Assembly (NCBI GenBank): GCA_964187785.1
Contig: OZ076409.1
Span: forward strand, 36,892,001-36,956,000
Origin: Amphiscolops sp. MND2022
Taxonomy: Eukaryota
Direction: 5' to 3'
Length of the DNA stretch: 64,000 nt
The notes beneath the pieces were generated by a model, which did no database searches, was not told where the DNA came from, and saw nothing but the letters and a program-made list of their open reading frames with translations. Positions 52,684 to 64,000 of the stretch are shown piece by piece. The position numbers were made by a program, and so were the translations under genes. Position 1 is the stretch's first letter. The number at the start of each line of letters is the position of its first letter.

Positions 52684-54460
52684 TGTCGAACCCACGCTGT
52701 TGGGGCGGCTTTGAAGGACCTTTCGAACTGGATGGCTGTACTTCGCCATTACTTTTGTTTACAATTGCCATCATCAAGTCCTTCAGTTAACTAAATTCAT
52801 GATGTAACTCACTAATCCTTCGTTCGTAACTTTCTTTTAATTCAGACAACTGGGAAGAGATGTCAGAATCATCGTTGGTATCAGAATCGTTAGAGTTTGC
52901 TTGAGTCATGTTCAAATCCACGGGAGAATCTATTTCTGACGAGGAATCAATAATTCTGCCGCTTCTGAGTACTGTTCCTTGGTTTTGACTCATATAAACA
53001 AATGAAAATGATTTATGAGTGAAGACTGAATTTCTGAGATGTTTTATGGATGTGTTTTGTTATTTTATCGTTGGTTGCAATATCTCGAATTCACTAATCT
53101 TGAATTGAGATGATTTAGAGATGAAGTTTACAAAGGAAATGAGTATCTAATAATGAAGGTAAATCAGAGAAGCAATTTAAAGAAGTTCATCCAAGTTTCA
53201 TCGTAAAAATAGATTCACTGGAAGATTATTCAGAAAAGTCAATTTATCGTTGTTAGAGATGGATTGTAGATGTAATTTTGAAGACTTTATGTAGTTTCTC
53301 AACTGTACGGTAACTAGTCGCAATCTCGGTCTGAGTAATCTCTAATGGCGGCTTAAACTACAGCAGTTCACGTGTCTTTTCAGGCTGGTAAGACGTTAAA
53401 TCTCTTACCAGCCTTCCCTCATTGGTCAATGTCAGTTGGTGCTAATTGGTAAGTCACGTGACCGGTGTTGTGAACTGCCACAGGGTGGCCACACATCATG
53501 ATGAATCTACACACGTGTAAATGGTGGTTAATCATCACTTTTACAGTGTCGCAATTGCCTGCACATATCACAATGGTTTCTATAGCACAGGAGATGAGTT
53601 CAAAGTATTCGATATCACACTAATTTTAAGTCAAATTAAAGTAGGATGCATTCCGAGATGGGAAAACGATGTTTTCCAGCTGATTCTAGCACTAAAATCG
53701 GTGCTTTGCAATTAAGGATGGATATGTGATGAACACATGAGAATATTTGCTGATTTTCAAGTCTAGTTTTGTTTCTGGATGGAAAAGCGATGAAATGTAG
53801 TCTTTCTCACTCGAAAATCAACACTATTCAAAGTAACGATGATCAAAGGATGAATTTCCTCCAAAATTTGTCAATTTCCAGCACAAATAAAAATGACGAT
53901 GAATTTAGGATGAATTCACTCAATAATTCCAATGAAATAGCCAACTCTACTGTAAAATCAAATCAGCGATGAGTTTGGGAAGATCTCCTCTAATAATTCA
54001 GCAAAGTCTGGCACGAATCAAAATCAGGATGGTTTTTAGATGAACTTACTCAACAAAACAGATAATTCAGCACATTCACACTTTTTAGGATGAATTAGAG
54101 ATGTACTTTCTCATTTCTTTCTGTTTACTGTCCATGCGATGAATTAGAGATGAGTTATCGTCTCTAAGAAATGAGGAGCACATTTGGAGTTACTAAATGA
54201 AATACTGCGATGAGTTTAATATAAAAGAATCAAGTCTAGTCCCATGAAATCCGCTGATGGATTTGTGATAAGAATAAAGTATAAAGTCCCATACTTTGTT
54301 CGTTCGCAATTCTTGGGGATGAAACTGCGATGAACTTTCTCATAAAAGCACCGGATGAATCCGCTGATGGACTCAGGTAAATCTCTAACTGAATTTGGTT
54401 CACTACTAAATCCGCCGATGGATCAGCGATGAACTTTGTGAAAACGTCGTCACGACTACA
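52684..54460 (-). repeat. Probable 3' LTR of a second Gypsy-like element (rest extends rightwards)
   Basis: Begins TGTCGA and ends near CACGACTACA next to agccctg; contains a minus-strand coiled-coil ORF running to the LTR edge, as in the first Gypsy LTR; partner LTR not in window. Confidence 0.5.
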
Positions 54461-55394
54461 AGCCCTGAGGCGTGGAGTTAGTAGAAGTTACACATTTTAT
54501 CATTTTTTCAATGTCTCTTGGTCCAGTCTGACCGGAAAACTTCTCTCCTTTGTCGTGACAAACCAATATTTTTTGAAATATAGCAATTCAAGGACATTGG
54601 CAAGATCATTTATGCGGACACCGGAACTAGAGCGCTCAGTATTAAGTAAATATATATAACTCAAACTCATGGGGGAATGGGGATTAAGTACAAGTAAAGT
54701 AGGGTTGCTCACAACCATGGCTTTTATTATATGACATCATATTGCCCATATCTAAGTACATAAGACATAATATTTACATTACAGATATTTAGTAGATTAT
54801 ATTTCCATCATGCTGGCATGACACTCCCCGGGGTGGGATTTGGATTGAGAGTGCAGGGGCCAAATGTGCAGAGGATGGTTGTCTCGGCGTTGGCTTCGAC
54901 TGTTTTCTTCGTTCGGTTGGGGAGAAAATGTCCTTCGTTAGTTCTGAATTGGCATGTCCTTCGTTTGTTCTGTCCCATGTAAATCTTCTCTGAGAAGAGG
55001 ACTTTCGGCAATCGTCATGTCTGGCTTCATTCTGGGTGATTTCGGTTAAAATTTCTCGACGCGGCAGCTCTAGTTCTTGGCCCATCGAATGTCCGCTGAT
55101 CTGCTTTTTATTGGTTGTCATACTTTTTGACGTGAGATCGGTCTGCTGATAGTTTCGGTGAAAATCTCGATTTCCTGGTGAAAAGATTTCTCCAGGCCTC
55201 CTACGCTGAGTAAACACTGCTGCTATTTTCATTGACAATATAGCAGTAAGGTGGCGCTGCCATTTTGTCTACTAAAAGCTTCTCGGGATGAATGAACGAT
55301 GAATTGTTTACTCAGCGAGGCATCGATGTTGACTTAGCAGAGACTGGCGCCGCTGCTCTGTTGTCAAATTTCCGCGATAGGAAAGAGATGAATT

Positions 55395-55475
55395 GTTGTC
55401 ATAGCAACCACCGTTGTCACTTCCGCTGTCTGATTTCTCAGCGATGAGAAAGAGATGAATCGTCGCCATAGCAAC
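55395..55475. promoter_or_regulatory. Two RFX X-box-like motifs
   Basis: GTTGTCATAGCAAC (55395-55408) and GTCGCCATAGCAAC (55462-55475), followed by an ATTGG/CCAAT box. Confidence 0.45.
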
Positions 55476-55480
55476 CGCTG

Positions 55481-57184
55481 CTTATCCTGATTGGCTAAAA
55501 ACTGAATTTTCTGACTGGAGGAAATCCAACCGATTGTCAATAACATTCTCATCCGTGAATCATCTTCCGTTCAGTCGGTTTGAAAATCGCCACGATTTCC
55601 TTTGCGCGTTTCCGTTCAACTTCATCGGCATCGATCTGAGACTGGCAGCTGTCAACAAATCAAATACTTGAAGCTTTTGTAGTCAAGTCCTTAGAGTGGA
55701 CGATCCATTTTCCTGAGAAGTTTTGAACTGGTTGTAACTGGGAAGAAAGAGTGTAGTTAGTCTTTGAAATCGGAGAGTTTTCATCGAGTTTTCATCGTTT
55801 GAATTCAAGTCTTTGATTTACTCTGGCATTCAAGCTGCATTTGTGCTCTTTGATATTTTTCTCGTGAATTTGTTTCCTCGTAATCATGGTTGATCAGGCC
55901 ATTTAATTACTGATCAAATTCCTGTACTGAGTTCTTCGATTTCGTTCCTCCCTTCACTCTCTTCCATTTCAGATTGTTGCTTGCAATTTCCCTCAAATTC
56001 AGTATGTCTGACATCCATTCAGTCCATTCGTTACCAGAGACCGAGGCCACAGAAAGTAAGTGGACTATTTTTCTTTCCTTTTCACAAACGGTTTTGGGGA
56101 AACCGAGTACTGAAGACACATCTTGCTTCAGCGGACTCAGTCCATTCTGTCGGAATTGTGTCTGAACTCACGACACTCGAGACTTTACCGCCTCAAGAGG
56201 CTCCAGCCACTCAGCCAGCGATTGCTGAGCCGCAAATTGACCCCGACCTCCAGATTGGTCAGCCAGTCAACTTCCCGTATCTGCCGCAGTGTAAGTACTG
56301 TCCTTCCAGATTTCCAATTCAGTCCATTATTCCTTATCCTGATTGGCTAAAAACTGAATTTTCTGACTGGAGGAAATCCAACCGATTGTCAATAACATTC
56401 TCATCCGTGAATCATCTTCCGTTCAGTCGGTTTGAAAATCGCCACGATTTCCTTTGCGCGTTTCCGCTCAACTTCATCGGCATCGATCTGAGACTGGCAG
56501 CTGTCAACAAATCAAATACTTGAAGCTTTTGTAGTCAAGTCCTAAGAGTGGACGATCCATTTTCCTGAGAAGTTTTGAACTGGTTGTAACTGGGAAGAAA
56601 GAGTGTAGTTAGTCTTTGAAATCGGAGAGTTTTCATCGAGTTTTCATCGTTTGAATTCAAGTCTTTGATTTACTCTGGCATTCAAGCAGCATTTGTGCTC
56701 TTTGATATTTTTCTCGTGAATTTGTTTCCTCGTAATCATGGTTGATCAGGCCATTTAATTACTGATCAAATTCCTGTACTGAGTTCTTCGATTTCGTTCC
56801 TCCCTTCACTCTCTTCCATTTCAGATTGTTGCTTGCAATTTCCCTCAAATTCAGTATGTCTGACATCCATTCAGTCCATTCGTTACCAGAGACCGAGGCC
56901 ACAGAAAGTAAGTGGACTATTTTTCTTTCCTTTTCACAAACGGTTTTGGGGAAACCGAGTACTGAAGACACATCTTGCTTCAGCGGACTCAGTCCATTCT
57001 GTCGGAATTGTGTCTGAACTCACGACACTCGAGACTGTACCGCCTCAAGAGGCTCCAGCCACTCAGCCAGCGATTGCTGAGCCGCAAATTGACCCCGACC
57101 TCCAGATTGGTCAGCCAGTCAACTTCCCGTATCTGCCGCAGTGTAAGTACTGTCCTTCCAGATTTCCAATTCAGTCCATGATTC
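55481..57184. repeat. 852-bp tandem duplication
   Basis: cttatcctgattggc at 55481 and 56333; near-identical copies. Confidence 0.92.
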
Positions 57185-60100
57185 CTTCATTTCCCATCTC
57201 TAATCCATCCAGACGCTGACTCTTCCCATCTGATGTTTTAGACCACTTCCCTTGGTATTCCTCCCTAGGGAGTATTACCTTCGGGTGGTACGACCGATAC
57301 ATGCGGGACATGCTGCGTGACAGCATCCAACAGTACAGTAAGTTGACAATTTCCATTTTTCTCTTCTCTAGGGCGTCGTCCGGACACTACGATGTAATTC
57401 TGATGTTTCCATCTCATCTTCATGTAGTGTCTTTTGTGGTCGATTAGCCATGTAATTCACTTTTGAGGTGAACTTAAGATGTGTTGTTGACATTCGTAAT
57501 CCCTTGTGACTAATTCATTGCAGGTTCCATTTGAAAATGGATATGAGATGAAATTTTCTTTGATCTTCTTTTCTTCGCGCGGATTACGCGCACTTGCTTC
57601 TCCACTCTTCGTCGTTTGAGTACAGTTTCTATTTTTCAGGTCCTACGCCGATTCACGCTCCCAGACCACGTCCCATCTGATGTTCCATTGGGATTGGGAC
57701 CAGTGATTTCGGCGCAGATCACATCGATGCCAGTACCCAGGGCGGGCCTCCTCCACTGGAGCTGTCATCTTTTTTGCAAGACCTTGCATTGAATGCCACC
57801 AGTTCTCCGGTCTCAATGGTTCCAGTCTCTGTGTTGTCGCCCAACTTCCAAAGGTACTTGGATATTGGACTCACTGCCAGAAGTCCTCCTCCTCCTCCTC
57901 CTCCTCGGGTAAATGTGTGCCACGGTACCTCAACGAGGGATGAGGTGCAGTATGTGGATGTGGCAATCATTGCTGTGCGCGATTCCGCTGATGTAGCAGT
58001 GCAGGCTGTTGTGGAGACCAGTGATTCCTCCACCGTACACGATCCTCCCGTCGTGTCTCCTCCAGTTGCTTTCCCGTTGGCTACTGATGTCCCTGAGGTG
58101 GTGGAGTCAGTTGTCGACCAGCCTGGCCTTCCTTCAACCAGTAGCACTGAGACACAGTTTGACATTCCCGAGGACTTCTCCTTCGGTGGTGCTCCGTCTG
58201 TTGGCCCTGATCCTGACGACGCTGTTCCTGTACCAGACACTGGATCGAGGGAGACTTCGCCGATGGGGCCCAGCCTCATTGACTCTGATGATGAGCCAAT
58301 CGCGTCTCGTCTACCAGGTTACCTAGACAGCTTTAAAACCTGTGAAGTATCTGATCGACTTTTTTCTTTCATTCGTATTTTCCTTTTTCACTTCCATTTT
58401 TTCGCTTGGCAATTCAGATTTTTCTATCTTTTCATCTATTCTTCATCCTTTTAGTTCTTTCCGCCAGTTGGTTTGTTCAAGTTTCACTTCTCGTTGTTTT
58501 ATCATTGTCTAGAGTTTTCAAATGTGGTGTCTTCTCCCTTTTCAGGTTTTAGCCATTTTTACAACTTTTCATCTTTTTTACATCCTCGAAACATTCTCTT
58601 TTGTTTTTAGCTTTTCCTTTATCATTTCTTTTCAGTTTACATCTCTTTTTCATCTTTTCCTTTTTTTCTTCGTTTTTCGCTTATATTTCATTTTTTTGAT
58701 CATTTTTTCACACTCCGGGTGTGTCTTTTGAAGTTTTCGATTGATTTTCTATTTTTCGTTTTTCTAGGATGTGTAGAGGATGGGTTTGACAATTTCGGTG
58801 TTCGTTTTATTTTAGGAAGGAAGATTCTCAAACCTTCGTGGTTTGATCATGCTTATTGCGGATTGGCGCTTGGGTTTGCCAAGGATCATCAAACTCGAGA
58901 TTCGTTTGTGCGGTGCCTGCTATTCAAGCAGGACGTGAGAATAGCGAGCCGCGGGATTACGACATTTTTCGAACACTGTCGTGGACTGAGGCACCATCGG
59001 TTGGACTGCTTGGTGCGCTTGCGACGTGGGTTGGCATTGAGAAGACGCGATGGTACACTGATGTCTGAAAGTGAGTCCGAAGCGTGTGCAGCAATGTTGG
59101 TCAGCGAAACAGTGCCGATAGTGGAGTCATGCCCTAGTGTTACCGTTCTTGAGGCTCTGCAGACTGAGGCGGCTGGCAGGTCCGTGTGGGGCGAATTGCG
59201 TGCAGTGGACGACAATCACCATATCGAGAGTGTGAGATTGTTCGTCTGCCTTGTCGCGGATGCCATCTATCGTGATTGCGATTTCTCAAGCGTGACACAT
59301 CTGCGGGACCTGATGGTGTCCTCAAATTTGCAGCATGCGGTGTTGTTTGGTGCAGCGTGTCGAGAAGCGGACGTAATGGTTATTATATATAATGTGTTGT
59401 ATTTCATATTATATGTTACATGTATATGTGGTCACTAGTAAGCAAAAAGTTGTTTCTCGGTTTCGGGGTTTGCCTGAAAATGTGGGTAATGTATTTCGTG
59501 TAAGTCCTTTTTTTGTGTTTAGAGTTTAGTCCTCATGGGGTTCTGGCCCTATGTTATGCGGCGCGTGCTGAGCTTGTGGGCAGAGACTGAGTTCACTCGT
59601 TTTGGCTTAGCGATTGTGGGCGACAGAGTTGTGGGCACTGTCAACGTATGCACTGCAGAGGGGCTTGCCAGTTATGTGGTTTTGTCCTTTAATTACGCAC
59701 AAGACTGGGAACAGCGTGTGGTCGTGTGGATGGTGAATATGCTCTGTTGCGCTGTGGGGCAGGTTTCCCCTGTCGGGGTCAGTTGCAGTCTTCTACACAG
59801 ATTGGAAGATGTGCTAGTGCGAAATTCTGGGTTAGGAGCTGTATCACTCGTTCCTCTGCGGATTAGTGATTTGAACAAAGTTCTTGTTGACGTGAGTGTG
59901 CGCGTTATGGGTGGAGTTGATGTTCACTCCCTGTTCAATCATTTGCAGACGAGAATGAGAGACTTCGTGCAAGATGACGTTCTATTGGCTTGTCCGAAGT
60001 TATTGCAAGTGAGTATGTGTTATGTGTTGGCTTTCCTAAAGTCGTGCGTGGTTTTTGTTCTCGTGTAGTTAAAGTGTGTGAGTGGAGGGTCTTTGAAGAG

Positions 60101-61401
60101 GATTTTTTATCCATTTTGATGTTTTTCTTTTTTAGTCTGTGCTAGAAGGTGAAGTCACACCTTGGGATGTACCTGAGGTTTTGACGGAGCTCCATACACA
60201 TTGGTCAGACATTGTTGTGCTACTGAGGGTGCCTAGCAGTTCTGGAGTGTCTGACGCGTTAGACTTTGTGTTGAGCGGCGATCCTAGTGTGTCTCTTCGT
60301 CTCCATGCTTTGTCGCTGGTGTTTCGTGCTCGTATGTACATTTTAAGTTTTTTATAGTATGTCATTTGTAGGGGAGGGGAACGTGAATTTACAGTTTAAA
60401 ATCTAGTTGTAGATCGTGGGGGGGGTGAGTGTTATATACACTTCTGTATGAATTTTTGTTTGATTTTAGTCGTCAACTCTTATCGCTGGAGCTTCAGTAG
60501 CTGTGAATTGCGGACTTCACATTGGGCTTATGAGAGTTCATGTTTTGTGCATTCTATCTTGTCGTACTTAGTGGAGGAATCAGAGCTTCCTGATGTGGTG
60601 GATGTACGCGCTAGTCTGTGCATCGATCTTGATGGACTTGTGGTTTCGGAAACCAAATTAAATGCCCTTCGTGAGGAGTTTGTCACGCACATGGACTGTT
60701 TTGAGTGCCCTGATATTTTTGAGGAGAATGTGGCTCTAGTGAAGGACTTCATGCTGATGGTCGTGGCTGAGATTTTGGGCGCACGTGGAATGAGGGAAGA
60801 TGTGACCTTCCATATGAGCGTTTGTTGTCCTGCCTTGCTATTGTTGGGTGATCCTGATGTGCTGTCAGCAGAAGTTAATCTGTTTACGGATCTCTTGGTC
60901 GACTTGTGACTAGTTACCGCGGTGGGGAAGAGGCGGTTGGATAGGAGCTTCCCTGTGTTCCTAGCTAAATTCCGTCAAATTACAATTGATGTGACTTCGG
61001 ACAGTGCGAGCTCTGCGGTCAAGATTCTGCGAGCATGTGATAGTGTGTCTGCACAGCGGTTGTTCAGGTTTCTAATGTGCCTGAACGAGAGTCCGTTATT
61101 TCCACTGAGGACTGTTTGCAATCGCGTGGGCCAATTGCAAAGTGACATCACGACCAGCGTGTGTTCGAGTGTGTTGAGCTTTCTCAAGGCTCATTGTATA
61201 CGGACCTACGAGAGTGTAAGCGGGCCCCTATTGGAAGAATTATCGGAAGCATTTGGGCAATTTACGACCCTGTCTGATGTGTCTGAAGACTTGTTATGGG
61301 ATGATGTCGGTGTTGTGGCTGCAGAAGATTATCGCCAATCTTTATATGAATTAATGGGATTCACCGGAGAGGGAGAACGTGCTCCGAGTCCGGAAATTTG
61401 A
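56856..61401 (+). pseudogene. Multi-exon Zn-finger gene (about 1,000-1,100 aa), antisense to the second LTR element, with premature TGA stops
   Basis: Phase-compatible exons 57640-58317, 58768-59378, 59523-60008, 60136-60331, 60470-61401 plus small upstream exons from ATGTCTGAC; in-frame TGA at 57678 and 60907. Confidence 0.75.
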
Positions 61402-63316
61402 ACATTGTAGCGTGTTGGATTTTTGATTGTTGTTTATTTTCATGTTGTATATTAGAATTAGTGATTGTATTATGCTGTAGTATAACCTGATGGGTGATCA
61501 ATTCAATGTGTCACTGCTAGTGGTGTGGGGGGGGGGAAACTGTTGCGGCGGAAAAGTCGGCGGCAGGTATATTTACAAAAAAACTATTTGGCATCCGTTA
61601 TTGTTTTTCTCTTGAGATACTAGTGATTGATATAATAGGTAGGAGAGTTTTATGATTGAACAAATGCGACTAGTGGGTCACGTCCGTCAGTGTTTTTTAA
61701 ATTGCATTTGTCATCGCTTTTGCATCGCCTTTTCTTTGTCACACTTCTCAGATATGTTGTCTCACGTTGATCATCGTTATGACATCGCGTCTGGTTGTAG
61801 GTAGTTCATCGTTGTTTTCGTTTTTGATTTTTCATCTCATTTTCATCACAATTTCCTCAGTCGACCGAGTGACGTCGCGAAAACTGTTTTCTCATCTTTT
61901 TTACATCGTTCGTTGTATGAAAATAATTGCATGTTGTTACATGTGTTTTTCTACAAAGTTCATCGTTTTTTCATCGCGAGTTTAAATTCTGACATTTTCA
62001 CATGTTCTCTGATATAGGGCATCTTCTTTTCATCTTATTTTGTGAATTTTCGGTGTTTTGCATGTTTCTGTTTTAAGTTTACGGCATCGTGTGTTTTCAT
62101 GTGCGCGTTGTTTCCGTAATTTCATCTTTTAATGGGTTTTCCCCATCAAATTACAATTGATGTGACTTCGGACAGTGCGAGCTCTGCGGTCAAGATTCTG
62201 CGAGCATGTGATAGTGTGTCTGCACAGCGGTTGTTCAGGTTTCTAATGTGCCTGAACGAGAGTCCGTTATTTCCACTGAGGACTGTTTGCAATCGCGTGG
62301 GCCAATTGCAAAGTGACATCACGACCAGCGTGTGTTCGAGTGTGTTGAGCTTTCTCAAGGCTCATTGTATACGGACCTACGAGAGTGTAAGCGGGCCCCT
62401 ATTGGAAGAATTATCGGAAGCATTTGGGCAATTTACGACCCTGTCTGATGTGTCTGAAGACTTGTTATGGGATGATGTCGGTGTTGTGGCTGCAGAAGAT
62501 TATCGCCAATCTTTATATGAATTAATGGGATTCACCGGAGAGGGAGAACGTGCTCCGAGTCCGGAAATTTGAACATTGTAGCGTGTTGGATTTTTGATTG
62601 TTGTTTATTTTCATGTTGTATATTAGAATTAGTGATTGTATTATGCTGTAGTATAACCTGATGGGTGATCAATTCAATGTGTCACTGCTAGTGGTGTGGG
62701 GGGGGGGAAACTGTTGCGGCGGAAAAGTCGGCGGCAGGTATATTTACAAAAAAACTATTTGGCATCCGTTATTGTTTTTCTCTTGAGATACTAGTGATTG
62801 ATATAATAGGTAGGAGAGTTTTATGATTGAACAAATGCGACTAGTGGGTCACGTCCGTCAGTGTTTTTTAAATTGCATTTGTCATCGCTTTTGCATCGCC
62901 TTTTCTTTGTCACACTTCTCAGATATGTTGTCTCACGTTGATCATCGTTATGACATCGCGTCTGGTCGTAGGTAGTTCATCGTTGTTTTCGTTTTTGATT
63001 TTTCATCTCATTTTCATCACAATTTCCTCAGTCGACCGAGTGACGTCGCGAAAACTGTTTTCTCATCTTTTTTACATCGTTCGTTGTGTGAAAATAATTG
63101 CATGTTGTTACATGTGTTTTTCTACAACGTTCATCGTTTTTTCATCGCGAGTTTAAATTCTGACATTTTCACATGTTCTCTGATATAGGGCATCTTCTTT
63201 TCATCTTATTTTGTGAATTTTCGGTGTTTTGCATGTTTCTGTTTTAAGTTTACGGCATCGTGTGTTTTCATGTGCGCGTTGTTTCCGTAATTTCATCTTT
63301 TAATGGGTTTTCCCCA
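60975..63316. repeat. 1171-bp tandem duplication
   Basis: tcaaattacaattg at 60975 and 62146; near-identical copies. Confidence 0.92.
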
Positions 63317-64000
63317 TTATTTTACTTGTCGCGTTGTTTTCGTTGGAACTTCCAATAAGTTCATTTTCGTTCGTTGATTTGGACAGGGCTTTGTCGTCAC
63401 AAAGCCCCTACAAAACTAACTGAGAATCCACTAGCCGCTGGATAACCAACGCAGCTAGCTTCATCCGAAAATGGTTGTGAGCTCCCCGCCTCAACCAACC
63501 AGCACTCTTTTCAGAGAAATGCCAGCCAGCACGAAGAAATGATTTCGGTCTTTTGCGAGGCTATTTTAATTATTCTAATCGGATGTTGTTAGGAGTTGCT
63601 CTTTCCATTGTTTCAATTTGTGTTAATCTTGAAATTCCCACTACGTTGCATGAGTTTTAGTAAGATACATGTTTCTTCGATTGTATGGTTCGATGTGAGT
63701 TTGCATCGGTTATATGTGAATTGCATAAATTATCTCTTTCGTTATAGAAGGATACATGCGTTTTTCATTGATATTATGTTCGTTTAGGTACATGTAATTT
63801 GGAAGTGTCTGTTTACCAACGTTACGTCATTCAGTTGTAAGGCGTGTATGTGTTTACATGTAATGGTCATTTAGCTGATTTGAATGAGTTATGTTGTTAT
63901 CTTGCATGAAAATCATCGCCTGCTCATCCTTTTGTTCGTACCAAGGTGTTGTGGTAGAACGCTGACTTATTAATTATTGTTTGGATGGTGTTTCCCATCA

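Noticed and set aside
57719..58279. 186-aa minus-strand ORF
   Set aside because: Shadow of the P/S/T-rich + strand exon

Overview
AT-rich, intron-rich eukaryotic (animal-like) DNA made mostly of transposable elements. (1) The last three exons of an axonemal inner-arm dynein heavy chain gene (DNAH7-like, + strand). Its 9.6-kb intron holds a very young non-autonomous LTR element with 3.17-kb LTRs (TSD ATACA, tRNA-Asn-like PBS) and a repeat/unique-spacer array inside each LTR. (2) A tandem segmental duplication that copies the terminal dynein exon and a Helentron/HINE-like foldback composite carrying four 5'-truncated but DDD-intact piggyBac transposase ORFs. (3) A decayed 22.8-kb Gypsy element (TSD ACAGG) with a BEL/Pao element nested in its 3' LTR. 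(4) The probable 3' part of a second, opposite-orientation LTR element. The most notable result is that both Gypsy-type elements carry a homologous, roughly 1,000-aa, intron-containing ANTISENSE gene next to the 3' LTR. The two genes share a degenerate C-x2-C-x16-H-x5-H zinc finger and one conserved intron position. All calls come from manual reading; no database searches were run.
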